A stretch of 64,000 nt of DNA from Octopus sinensis (taxonomy: Eukaryota), in NCBI RefSeq assembly GCF_006345805.1, contig NC_042998.1, positions 9,982,001-10,046,000 on the forward strand, in the 5' to 3' direction. The notes under the pieces are model-generated. The model saw only the letters and a list, made by a program, of their open reading frames with translations, searched no databases and was not told the DNA's origin. Made by a program: the position numbers and the translations under genes. Shown one piece after another: positions 12,167 through 24,059 of this stretch; position 1 is the stretch's first letter, and each line of letters opens with the position of its first letter.

Positions 12167-12396
12167 GCATACATGAAAGCACAAAAAATTGGGAGTTTAA
12201 AGGATGATGATGACGACGGTGGTGGTGGTGGTGGTAGTGATGATAAAGATGGTGATGATGATGGGTGGTGGTGGTGGTGGTGGTGGTAATGATGATGATG
12301 ATGATGATGTATATTAACGCCGACGCCCAGATTTTGCAGTAGTTACTTTGACTTGGATGATAATTATTCGCTGATAAAGTATAGCGATGTCTTTAA

Positions 12397-12800
12397 GGAT
12401 CTTTTCGGTTTGAACGGCAGTTTTTCTAGCGGTGTCATATGAAATTGTCACCCATAATTATGACCCTAGTATCGACCTATTGCATTTCAATCTGTTTTAG
12501 GGTTAGGGTTAGTTAGGGGTGGGGGAAGGGTACCTTTTTTCTTCACAAATGTAAATAAACCCAATCTGTTTCTTAAACGAGGGACATATTCATACGGCAC
12601 AGAATGTTTTCACCTCAATAGACGTAATTTGATTGGTTGAAATTGCAGAAATTGAAGAAAAAAAACAAATATCTTACAAACTATAGAATTTTCTCAATAA
12701 AGCCAAGACAAAAAGATGTTTTATAAACACATTCTACCAGTATACGAAGTTTTAAAGTGGAAATTATTTTAAAAAACTGCCGTTCAAACCGAAAAGATCC
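12397..12800. mobile_element. MITE with GGATCTTTTCGGTTTGAACGGCAGTTTTT TIRs (Merlin-like by GG ends and 8-9 bp TSD)
   Basis: Perfect 29-bp TIRs; flanks TGTCTTTAA / TATCTTTAA. Same family as 30344-30753. The superfamily call is inference. Confidence 0.85.
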
Positions 12801-13480
12801 TATCTTTAAATTGCAATGTTTGTTTGTTTGTTGGTCATGCCAGCGAAGGAGTACCTTCTACATGGTCTATCGATCGATCTGCTAAAAATATCAGCCAAAA
12901 CACCCTCAAGTAGCGCCCTAAATATGATGATAGGTCTTCTTCTTCGATCAAACCTAGTTTAAATTCGGGACAAAACCAGAACAATAGTCATTGTTTAATT
13001 GCAGGTCAGCCCCTTATCGAGCAGACCTCAGCTGTGGGTATTTCATCTTTTCCTTTGTGCATAGCACAGATTTCTACGTTATCTAACGAAATCTTTTCTA
13101 AGATAGTGGGTATGTGTATATGATTTGAAGGAAATTTCGCTGTTATTTCTAGCACCATGAGCGTCCACTTGAATCTCCTCTCTGTCGCTTGTATTCGGTG
13201 CGTTTACAATCAAAGTACATTTCTTCGTTTGGAGCATGAAACATAATATTGTAGATTATCTAATTTGCCAGGGACCACGTTGCCATTTCACTTCTGTTCC
13301 TTACTAACAATTAAACAACTTTGTGGGTTGGTGTGTATGTGGGATAAGTATGTACTTAAACACAAGCTGTATGTGTGTCTGCTTCTTTGCATTCGGTTAT
13401 ATATGTATTCGTGTTTTGTATACATGGACGGTTGACTGAACGGATGTACGTGAGTACATATGTTTAAACTGATAAAATGT

Positions 13481-13519
<39 letters not shown>

Positions 13520-13859
13520 CTCAAGTACACACAGAGTCATGCACGTACACACACACACATACATGTACACTCGCGCACACGGAGACACAAACAAAAGCAA
13601 ACTCAACAGGGTCACAGCAGGATGGCTGAAATCTGTTCAATAAATACACATGGCTTTATTCGGAGGAATATTTGTACATGAACAGTTCCACAAATGTACA
13701 CACATTTCCGTGCGCATAATGTATCAATATATCTCAATAATATACATAAATACACAGGCATCCATATGTAATTTAACTACTGTATGTATACGTATGTGTC
13801 TCTATTAGGCGCATATGGTAATGCTAGTGTGTATAATTTCTATACATGCATGCTCGTAA

Positions 13860-14049
13860 TCTCTTTTACTCTTTTACTTGTTTCAGTCATTTGACTGCGG
13901 CCATGCTGGAGCACCGCCTTTAGTCGACCAAATCGACCCCGGGACTTATTCTTTGTAAGCCCAGTACTTATCCTATCGGTCTCTTTTGCCGAACCGCTAA
14001 GTGACGGGGACGTAAACACACCAGCAATGCTAGGGGGACAAACACACAA

Positions 14050-14090
<41 letters not shown>

Positions 14091-14263
14091 CGTATATACG
14101 ACAGGCTTCTTTCAGTTTCTGTCTACCAAATCCACTCACAAGGCATTGGTCAGCCCGGGGCTATAGCAGAAGACACTTGCCCAAGATGCCACGCAGTGGG
14201 ACTGAACCCGGAACCATGTGGTTGGTTAGCAAGCTACTTACCACACAGCCACTCCTGCGCCTC
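13860..14263 (-). mobile_element. SINE family A
   Basis: Full-length reverse-complement copy. Confidence 0.9.
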
Positions 14264-14643
14264 GGTTATTTTTTTCAAATATGCACATGATACTGTAAAT
14301 AATATACTTAATATTTGATAGCGCGCTCAATGATAACCAATCTTGCCATCTGTTGAATTCTGTCAGTGAAATTTAATCGTGTTTGAGGCTACATGCTCTT
14401 GCTACTCTAAAGTAATCCTGGATCTGCAGGGTTCCAATATATGGGCTCTAGGTGGCAGTTCCCCTCCCGGAACTTTATCATTTACATGCATACAGTGTAT
14501 GCTGTCACTTTCCATTCACTCGATTTCTGTGTAACCCTCCCCCTCCACACACAAACATACACCACCACCACCACCACATATACACACTTTTTGAAAGCAT
14601 GTACTTGTTAATAGCCTATCCACTGCCCTTGTAGAAATTATAA

Positions 14644-15263
14644 TCTATTATATAAAATCCGTTCCGTCTGTGTGTGTGTGTGTCTTCTAAGATCTCGGGC
14701 ATCCTCCATCCGATTGCGCTCAAATTTGATATGCACATACCTATTTCTTTACTACCCACAAGGGGCTAAACACAGAGGGGACAAACAAGGACTGACAAAC
14801 GGATTAAGTCGATTGCATCGACCCCAGTGCGTAACTGGTACTTAATTTATCGATCCCGAAAGGATGAAAGGCAAAGTCGACCTCGGCGGAATTTGAACTC
14901 TGAACGTAACGGCAGACGAAATACGGCTACGCATTTCGCCCGGCGTGCTAACGTTTCTGCCAGCTCGCCGCCTTATTGATATGTAGATACCGACGGTATC
15001 AGGGCGTGTATAAGTCTTGAAAAAATGACCAAAATCGATTCCAGGTGAGAATGCGATCGATAAAGCCGTGGGAACGTGCATTTGTAAAATCGTTTTTCTT
15101 GGAATAGAAAAAAAGTCTATCTTTATTTCTTCTTTTGGTGTCTCAAATTTAGGTTAAATCAGTGTTTCTTGAAGGGGATGCCTATGGGACGGTCGGACAA
15201 GTTGTTTTGAGAAAATTTGGTTTAAATGTTTGACAACTCAGCACCGTCCATTGGTTTTGCTCG
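14644..15263 (+). mobile_element. Non-autonomous Helitron-like element interrupted by a family B SINE (14738-14974, minus)
   Basis: 5' A|TCTATTATATAAAA followed by a (GT)n tract and a CCGATTGCGCTCAAATTTG motif typical of non-autonomous Helitron 5' ends. The 3' end is only a degenerate CTCG|T, so the right boundary is uncertain. Confidence 0.45.
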
Positions 15264-15676
15264 TTAATATTATAGTTGGTAACTAAGAAGGCGACCTAGC
15301 AGAATTGTTATCACGCCGGGTAAAATCCTTAGCGTTATTCTTTACGTTCTGAGTTCGAATTCTGCCGGGGACGACTTTACCTTTTTATTCTTTCGGGGTC
15401 GATAAAATAAGAACCAGTTGGGTACTGGTGATTGATGTAATGGACTTACCTACTCCCCAGGAATTATTGGCCTTGTGCCAAAATTAGAAGCCAATAAAAA
15501 ACAACCTTAATCATAGACTAACTAGTACATGGACAAGTTTTCGTTGATTCAAACTGTTTCAATGTTTAAACAGTTGAATTATAATCTGCAATTATCACTA
15601 GCTGAGGGATGGTTTGGCGAAACTAAATGAAATTATCTTCAGATTTCTTTATACGGTTTCATTATACTGTGATCAG

Positions 15677-16030
15677 CGGACTCGCGGTCGTAGGATCGCG
15701 GTTTTGATTCCCAGACCGGGCGTTGTGAGTGTTTATTGAGCGAAAACACCTAAAAGCTCCACGAGGCTCCGGCAGGGGATGGTGGTGATCCCTGCTGTAC
15801 TCTTTCACCACAACTTTCTCTCACTCTTACTTCCTGTTTCTGTTGTACCTGTATTTCAAAGGGCCGGCCTTGTCACTCTGTGTCACGCTGAATATCCCCG
15901 AGAACTACGTTAAGGGTGCACGTGTCTGTGGAGTGCTCAGCCACTTACACGTTAATTTCACGAGCAGGCTGTTCCGTTGATCGGATCAACCGGAACCCTC
16001 GTCGTCGTAACCGACGGAGTGCTTCCATTC
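15677..16030 (+). mobile_element. SINE family C (5'-truncated) with 13-bp TSD
   Basis: TSD ATACTGTGATCAG at 15664-15676 and 16031-16043; tail GTCGTCGTAACCGACGGAGTGCTTCCA. Confidence 0.9.
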
Positions 16031-16189
16031 ATACTGTGATCAGTTGATTTAGTGACAAAACCAACTCGTATGCTCAGCTATATTTGTATGCTCGACAATA
16101 ATTTGAGCATACTTTTTTATTTACTTGGAGAAATTTCAGGTGAATACATTCTGGAGTAGAAAGATTGGGTAATGGGTTTATTCTTTTAT

Positions 16190-16390
16190 TCTTTTACTTG
16201 TTTCAGTCATTTGACTGCGGCCATGCTGGAGCGCCGCCTTTAGTCGAAGCAAATCGACCCCGGGACTTATTCTTTGTAAGCCCAGTACTTATTCTATCGG
16301 TCTGTTTTGCCGAACCGCTAAGTTACGGGGACGTAAACACACCAGCATCGGTTGTCAAGCAATGCTAGGGGGACAAACACAGACACACAA

Positions 16391-16429
<39 letters not shown>

Positions 16430-16594
16430 TACGACAGGCTTCTTTCAGTTTCCGTCTACCAAATCCACTCACAAGGCATTGGTCGGCCCGGGGCTGTAGC
16501 AGAAGACACTTGTCCAAGATGTCAGGCAGTGGGACTGAACCAGCAACCATGTGGTTGGTTAGCAAGCTACTTACCACACAGCCACTCCTGCGCC
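16190..16594 (-). mobile_element. SINE family A
   Basis: Full-length reverse-complement copy. Confidence 0.9.
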
Positions 16595-16599
16595 TAGAT

Positions 16600-16960
16600 T
16601 TTAGTAGGTGAGATATTGGGAGAAATGATGTTAGGTTGGGGTTGGATGGAGATAACATTCAACTTGCCTGTTCAGAGTGAGTAGAGCCGTTGGAGGAGCG
16701 ATAGAAGAGTCAGACAGTAAAGAAGTTGTTATAAGTTGTCGGTGAAGGCAGTCTTAACCAATGAGATGGATATGGTCCTTGTTTTTTTTACATTTTCTTT
16801 CTTCTGTATATTTTTAAAAGAGAAGCAATCTTAGGTGTGCATACATGAAACTGCAGCACCACACCAGAGGCGTGATTCGTGCTTATTCTTGAAGAAATTC
16901 AGCAGCTGATCAGAGTTAAAGTACCTTCTAACACTGAGGAAGATGTCTAGCTTTGGTTAT
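16600..16960 (-). mobile_element. Decayed L2/CR1-group LINE 3' fragment
   Basis: Minus-strand KLDIFLSVRRYFNSDQLLNFFKNKHESRLWCGAA resembles the post-RT segment of L2/CR1-group ORF2 (KLG.L.R.R.YF...QLL..YK...RP..EY...VW.GA). Confidence 0.5.
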
Positions 16961-17029
16961 GTTGATTTGGTACTTTTATAGTTGTGTAGTCTCCGTGAAA
17001 GATCATTTGAGATTAGGATACTAGGCTTC

Positions 17030-17417
17030 ACTTTCACACACGCCAGCTTAATTTAATTCGTCCTTAGTCGAAAGACACCTGTTGTTAATGTCCTGTTATT
17101 TGCATTTGTATTTGTGTACCATTTCTCCGTTTTTTTCGTTCTTGTTTTCGTATACATTCGCTGCTTTCTTCCAAGGAATCTAATACTCTTAGCTTAGCTT
17201 TTCCTTGGGTATGGCCAGAATGGAGCAATCTCGAGTATAACCAACCGAAATTGCAAAGATAATCTGGAACTCGACTGAAGAAAGAAAACTTCGAATGACC
17301 GGTCCGTATTTTTTCTTGTCCCTCTTTTGTATCATCTGTCTGGATGTTTTGTTGTCCCTTTTTTATATCATCTAGCTGTCTAGATGTTTTGCGTTCTTGT
17401 CCCATTTTTTGTATTTC
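17030..17417 (+). mobile_element. Short element (family H2) with an atypical HHR-like motif, ending in (TA)n
   Basis: CTGAAGA-AAGAAAACTTC-GAATGACCGGTCC at 17275-17305. The 3' end ATGTTTTGCGTT.TTGTCCCA..TTGTATT is shared with 46756-46850 (minus). Confidence 0.5.
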
Positions 17418-17447
17418 TTATATATATATATATATATATATATATAG

Positions 17448-19482
17448 CAGCAAAATCAAGGAACGGCCATAATAGGCCATTCACCCACTAGAAATAACAG
17501 CCAAAGCTTCAACCGCAAAACAACATTAATTCCGCAAACCAGGAGAAAATTTAAAAAAAAAACATTTACCCTGTAGTTCTTTATACGATGCACCGTTTCA
17601 TCTATTGTTTAATGGTAAACTAACCTGATTAAATTAAATTAAATTAAATCAAGCTAGTCTTCCATAGGCCGATAGATTCGTCAGTAAAGAACAGCCAGAT
17701 CGGAGCAGATATTTACACGAGGCACTTCTATCACTGTCTCGGCAATATCTGACCTAAAATTTTCAAATCATCGCACTCGCGCCAAATTATCGGCAGCAAA
17801 TATAAGCCGCCGATTCCATTACGGAATAACCAGAAAATTCATAATTAATCAATATAGGGTGGCAAAAATTTCGTAGAATTTTTTTGCCACCAGCGGCCTA
17901 GTGGGAAAAAATTAAATAGTCATAGACCATTTATAAATTCAACAGCAAAATCAAGGAACGGCCATAATAGGCCATTCACCCACTAGAAATAACAGCCAAA
18001 GCTTCAACCGCAAAACAACATTAATTCCGCAAACCAGGAGAAAATTTAAAAAAACATTTACCCTGTAGTTCCTTATACGATGCACGTTTCATCTATTGTT
18101 TAATGGTAAACTAACCTGATTAAATTAAATTAAATTAATCAAGCTAGTCTTCCATAGGCCGATAGATTCGTCAGTAAAGAACAGCCAGATCGGAGCAGAT
18201 ATTTACACGAGGCACTTCTATCACTGTCTCGGCAATATCTGACCTAAAATTTTCAAATCATCGCACTCGCGCCAATTTATCGGCAGCAAATATAAGCCGC
18301 CGATTCCATTACGGAATTAACCAGAAAATTCATAATTAATCAATATAGGGTGGCAAAAATTTCGTAGAATTTTTTTGCCACCAGCGGCCTAGTGGGAAAA
18401 AATTAAATAGTCATAGACCATTATAAATTCAACAGCAAAATCAAGGAACGGCCATAATAGGCCATTCACCCACTAGAAATAACAGCCAAAGCTTCAACCG
18501 CAAAACAACATTAATTCCGCAAACCAGGAGAAAATTTAAAAAAACATTTACCCTGTAGTTCCTTATACGATGCACCGTTTCATCTATTGTTTAATGGTAA
18601 ACTAACCTGATTAAATTAAATTAAATAAATCAAGCTAGTCTTCCATAGGCCGATAGCCTATGGAAGACTAGCTTGATTTAATTTAATTTAATTAATCAGG
18701 TTAGTTTACCATTAAACAATAGATGAAACGGTGCATCGTATAAGGAACTACAGGGTAAATGTTTTTTTTTTTTTTTATTTTCTCTGGTTTGCGGAATTAA
18801 TGTTGTTTTGCGGTTGAAGCTTTGGCTGTTATTTCTAGTGGTGAATGGCCTATTATGGCCGTTCCTTGATTTTGCTGTTGAATTTATAAATGGTCTATGA
18901 CTATTTAATTTTTTCCCACTAGGCCGCTGGTGGCAAAAAAATTCTACGAAATTTTTTGCCACCCTATATTGATTAATTATGAATTTTCTGGTTAATTCTG
19001 TAATGGAATCGGCGGCTTATATTTGCTGCCGATAAATTTGGCGCGAGTGCGATGATTTGAAAATTTTAGGTCAGATATTGCCGAGACAGTGATAGAAGTG
19101 CCTCGTGTAAATATCTGCTCCGATCTGGCTGTTCTTTACTGACGAATCTATCGGCCTATGGAAGACTAGCTTGATTTAATTTAATTTAATTTAATCAGGT
19201 TAGTTTACCATTAAACAATAGATGAAACGGTGCATCGTATAAAGAACTACAGGGTAAATGTTTTTTTTTTTTTTTTTTAATTTTCTCCTGGTTTGCGGAA
19301 TTAATGTTGTTTTGCGGTTGAAGCTTTGGCTGTTATTTCTAGTGGGTGAATGGCCTATTATGGCCGTTCCTTGATTTTGCTGTTGAATTTATAAATGGTC
19401 TATAACTATTTAATTTTTTCCCACTAGGCCGCTGGTGGCAAAAAAATTCTACGAAATTTTTTGCCACCCTATATTGATTAAT

Positions 19483-19484
<2 letters not shown>
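17448..19484. repeat. Tandem ~490-500 bp repeat array with an internal inversion forming a long palindrome
   Basis: Units start at 17448, 17943 and 18433. Orientation flips at CCATAGGC-CGATA-GCCTATGG (18643-18663). Inverted units run to 19484. (TA)n on both sides. Confidence 0.95.
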
Positions 19485-19558
<74 letters not shown>

Positions 19559-19621
19559 GGGGTGCTATTAAGTTAGACATGACCTGGGTCAATAATGGCC
19601 GAAACCTATCAAAGTATCAAA

Positions 19622-19673
<52 letters not shown>

Positions 19674-19987
19674 CACACAACACACAGCAAACTTCAGTCG
19701 TGTGATTGTGCATCGGAAAAGTAAAGTGTTGTAAAATTGGTTCCTTGGTGTGTGTAATTACTGTACTATGTACTCTGGTGGTTTTGAGAGAAACTATATT
19801 TCCATGATTCAAGTTTAAGTACATTAGAATGTGAATTGCTGAGAAACCGGTCAATGTGTGCAACAGAATCCAGAAAAAGGCAACTTTGCAATAACCATGC
19901 TTTGCCGACGTTCTCAAAAGTAAGAAACATCTGGGGTACTTTTGCTTATACGAGATATTGTTCTGTCAGTGCCGATTTGGAACCATT

Positions 19988-20019
<32 letters not shown>

Positions 20020-20109
20020 CTTCATGTCATCCATCAAACATAAGATAGACACACGCACGCACGCGCGCGCACAAAACAAAACAAAAAATAAATATGGAAA
20101 ATAACTCAC

Positions 20110-20217
20110 CAAACTGTGAAAATGTAGTAACGGTAACAGTCTCTTTAATTGTTGTAACCTATCCCCGATTATGTTAAATTGGTCATCGTGTGTGATGTCG
20201 GACGAATTACAGTGGTT
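20110..20217 (-). CDS. Candidate internal exon, 108 nt (NHCNSSDITHDDQFNIIGDRLQQLKRLLPLLHFHSL, phase 0 to 0)
   Basis: Acceptor TTTTTTGTTTTTCAG, donor TTG|GTGAGT; only frame 0 is open. Confidence 0.55.
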
Positions 20218-20260
20218 CTGAAAAACAAAAAAAAAGGACAAAAAATTACAACAGCAACAT

Positions 20261-20646
20261 GGAAGCACTCCGTCGGTTACGACGACGAGGGTTCCGGTTG
20301 ATCCGAATCAACGGAACAGCCTGCTCGTAAAATTAACGTGTAAGTGGCTGAGCACTCCACAGACACGTGTACCCTTAACGTAGTTCTCGGGGATATTCAG
20401 CGTGACACAGAGAGTGATAAGGCCGGCCCCTTGAAATACAGGTACAACAAAAACAGGAAGTAAGAGTGAGAGAAAGTTGTGGTGAAAGAGTACAGCAGGG
20501 ATCACCACCATCCCCTGCCGGAACCTCATGGAACTTTTAGGTGTTTTCGCTCAATAAATACTCACAACGCCCGGTCTGGGAACCGAAACCGCGATCCTAT
20601 GACCGCGAGTCCGCTGCCCTAACCACTGGGCCATTGCGTCTCCACA
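20261..20646 (-). mobile_element. SINE family C
   Basis: Reverse complement of the 53185-53557 type; flanking ACAACAGCAACA direct repeat. Confidence 0.9.
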
Positions 20647-21089
20647 CAACAGCAACAACAATATGCCTAAATATATTTCAAATTTTGACACAAGGCCAGC
20701 CATTTTCGGAGAAGTGGGTAAGCCGACCCAAGTGTACAACTGGTACTTTTTTTATCGACACCGGAAGGACAAAAGAGAACGTGGGCCTCGGCGTAATATG
20801 AACTCAGAATATAGAGATGAACGAAATGCCGCTAAGTATTTTGCTCGGCATGCTAACGATTCTGCCAAGCTCGCAGCCTTCAACAACAATAACTACAATA
20901 GTAATAATAATATTCTGAAATTTTGAAGAAGGGACAAATCGATTACATTGGTCCCAGTGTTCAATTGGTACTTATTTCTTTGATCCTGAAGGGATGAAAG
21001 GTAAGGTCGACGACCTCGGCGACAGTTGAATTCAGGACGTAAAACCAGAAGAAATGCACGAAGCATTTTGTCCGTCGCGCTAACGATTC

Positions 21090-21497
21090 TTATTTCTTTA
21101 TTGCCCTCAAGGGGCTAAACAAAGAGGGGACAAACAAGGACAGACAAAGATATTAAGTCGATTACATCGACCCCAGAGCGTAACTGGTACTTAATTTATC
21201 GACCTCGAAAGGATGAAAGGCAAAGTCGACCTCGGCGGAATTTGAGCTCAGAACGTAACGGGAGACGAAATACCTATTTCTTTACTACCCACAAGGGGCT
21301 AAACACAGAGGAGACAAACAAGGACAGACATAGGTATTAAGTCGATTACATCGACCCCAGTGCGTAACTGGTGCTTAATTTATCGACCCCGAAAGGATGA
21401 AAGGCAAAGTCGACCTCGGCGGAATTTGAACTCACAACGTAACGGCAGACGAAATACCGCTGAGCATTTCGCCCGGCGTGCTAACGATTCTGCCAGC
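21090..21497 (-). mobile_element. SINE family B dimer inserted in an older family-B-related SINE
   Basis: Two bodies joined at GACGAAATAC|CTATTTC (about 21265-21280); the 3' end abuts AGAATCGTTAGC of the older copy. Confidence 0.85.
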
Positions 21498-21617
21498 TCA
21501 AATCTAAAAAATATAAAACGCATATTCACACACACACACACACACACACAATTAGCAGCAAATGTCTTAGAGTGATTTTTTTACACTACACAGTATTAAA
21601 TAAGAAAATAAATATAA

Positions 21618-21866
21618 ATGCTCCCTTTTTAAAGCCTAGACAGGCTCATGGGCCTGGTTTCTGGTTTCTATGGCGTATGCGCTCCCCAACTGGACGGGGC
21701 ACCAGTCCATCGTAGCATTACTCATTTTCGCCAGCTGAGTGGACTGGAGCAATGTGAAATGAAGTGTTTCGCTCAAGAACACAACGCGTCGTCCGGTCCA
21801 GGAATCGAAACCACAATCTTACGATCTTGATGCTGACTCCCTAACCACTAAGCCACGCGCCTCCAC
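21618..21866 (-). mobile_element. SINE family D
   Basis: Full-length reverse-complement copy of the 52179-52425 type. Confidence 0.85.
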
Positions 21867-22254
21867 ATAAACAGTATTAAATATTTAACCCAAATAAGAA
21901 ACTTATTTACATACATTTAGATGGGAGCTATGTATCCATATTTAAGCGTGTATTTGTGTGTGAACATACATGCACGTGCACACATATACATATAGATTAT
22001 TATTATGCTATATTAGACTGTATCTTATATGATATCATATCATATACATTATCTGTAAACAAACTTGAGTAGGCCATAGAATAGAACATAACGCAATGCT
22101 ATGTAGTCGTGCCTAATTTTTAACCTTCTCATATCTATTTCAGTCACTTTAACAATATCGACATAGTAGATCCCAGAATGATACAGTAAATGAATAGGCC
22201 CGCCGTCATCTCGTGGTTCCAGCTGTCAATCACAGCGGCTTGGGGATCGCTACC

Positions 22255-22470
22255 TTCTTGCAAGTGATAGGGTACATTGTGCTCAGGATTGGAAAACACT
22301 TAGAGGCATATGACGGAGAGATATCATTCTTGGCTAAGAAAAAGAAATCATTCTCAGCGGCCAGACATCATCAGGATGGTCAAAGTCGTCCAGTAGATTC
22401 AAGACATCATTGATGACAACTCCAGCCGGTCGATGTGGACCATCGTCAAACAACTTAAAGAGGATGAATC
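22255..22470 (+). mobile_element. Decayed Tc1/mariner-superfamily transposase N-terminal fragment
   Basis: IVLRIGKHLEAYDGEISFLAKKKK then, after a frameshift, PDIIRMVKVVQ*IQDIIDDNSSRSMWTIVKQLKEDESII; resembles the mariner-type HTH segment (..QDII..NP..S.R.IA.EL.VSES.IR). Confidence 0.6.
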
Positions 22471-22861
22471 TATTATTCTATACCACATAGCACTTCTGTC
22501 CTACCATGCAATATTATATTTCATTAAACCAACAAAGGAGCATCTATCTGGTCACTCGACCTGCTAGAAATAGCTACACTAATCTTACTAAAATCACACG
22601 GTACCATCTTAAATACATTCCGAGATAACTCTTAACAAGACTAGATGGTCACAGATGCCAGACGTTTGATAATAGGTATCCTCGATCAAGGATGACTAGT
22701 GGCATGAACAGAAATATTGCCGAGATCCAATCTTATCTTTCGATTCGCGAATGACGGATCTCGGCTTATTTCTATCTTATTTCTATTATGTTATCTGAGA
22801 TGGAGGCAGGAAAACTGGTTTCGAAGGTTCTTCGCGACTTCTCATTAAATCACCCGCTTAC

Positions 22862-22921
22862 CTCCACAATATAAGCAGACATAGAGAGTTCATTTAGAGA
22901 AGTTGGCGATTTACCATCCAA
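22862..22921 (-). CDS. Candidate internal exon, 60 nt (LDGKSPTSLNELSMSAYIVE, phase 0 to 0)
   Basis: Acceptor CCTTTGCTGTCATGTCAG, donor GAG|GTAAGC; only frame 0 is open. Confidence 0.45.
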
Positions 22922-23244
22922 CTGACATGACAGCAAAGGTGACAACACTTTAACCACAGGCTAAGTCTGCTTCGGTCTATTCCCCTTTCAACACTAGGTC
23001 TTTCTTTACACCCTTTTCGTCGTATACGACTGCAACAATTTAAATAACAACTACTCCTGCAGCTGCAGCTAGCTACCCGTCACACACATAAAGAAGATGA
23101 CCTGATACCGGGAAGCAGCCTGAACACTCATCAGTTTTATACTGTTACCACTGCTTGCAGCTACATGGGACTGCATGGATGATAACTAAGATGTCTTTTC
23201 CCATATACATAGTATCAGTGCAGGATCTTTGTTATTTGCCTCAC

Positions 23245-23275
23245 CAGAAGCGTTCCATTTTGTCTTTCAATACCG
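23245..23275 (-). CDS. Candidate 31-nt exon (GIERQNGTLL, phase 2 to 0)
   Basis: TTTAG acceptor, donor CTG|GTGAGG; phase-compatible with 22862-22921. Confidence 0.35.
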
Positions 23276-23349
23276 CTAAACATATGTGTAGCTACTTACC
23301 AATGTGTGTATCACCGTTTTCATATAAAATTACACATAAAAACAACTGA

Positions 23350-23470
23350 ACATTAAACTTTGTAGCAGAGTACATATTTATAAATATCGGGTTACCACCC
23401 GTCATCTAACAGTCCGATGATGGCCAGTAAGTCGAAACTTAGAAGTACCTGTCAACCTTCTCTTCTTTCA
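23350..23470 (+). mobile_element. Short element with a type I HHR motif, ending in (TA)n
   Basis: ACAGT-CCGATGA-T-GGC-CAGTAA-GTC-GAAA-CTTAGAAG-TA-CCTGT (23409-23452). Confidence 0.55.
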
Positions 23471-23709
23471 TATATATATATATATATAGTATTTGGTTTA
23501 CAAGATTCTTGATGCGAACTCCTGTGTTGAAACATATATTGTTGTATCTCGGGAGGTCATTATGCCAATAATAAACAATACACACAGCTTTTTTTTCTCA
23601 TTTCTTTATTTTTCATTTGTTAACCATTTGACAAATATAAAAACAAAATGAAAGAAAAAAACAGTGCGTGTGTTTATTATTGATATAGTGATCCTACCGA
23701 GATACAACA

Positions 23710-23745
<36 letters not shown>

Positions 23746-24059
23746 ACAGTCATCCATACATGCATTAGATTCTTGCTTCTCAACATCAGTTGACATGTTT
23801 CAATCTGAATATATCTGATACTACAGATCTTTTCTATGTCCACTCCTTTATTCATTACATATTCCTTTGTTTACACTGACAAGCTCTTTAGAGTTCCTAA
23901 GGACGAGGCAAAATCCGTGATTCCTAGGAATAATTTTGTTACTGATTACCAAACGCTGGTACATCAGATCATAATCCTGCTTTGCTCCGTAATAAAAACT
24001 ATTGCACCCTTTCCTTTCTGAAGGCTTATCAGGGCCGCACGGACATAACCTGACATCTT

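Noticed and set aside
17868-17911. Hairpin plus CTAG in the satellite as a Helitron 3' terminus
   Set aside because: The following bases are TG rather than the TC expected at a head-to-tail Helitron junction, and the array ends do not coincide with it; kept only as a possibility.
18718-18745. GAAACGGTGCATCGTA in the satellite monomer as an HHR 3' half
   Set aside because: No acceptable CUGANGA core or stem I upstream.
22719-22765. Small inverted repeats (GCCGAGATCC/GGATCTCGGC here; 11-bp stem at about 58677-58702)
   Set aside because: Too short and isolated to support a functional RNA or element call.
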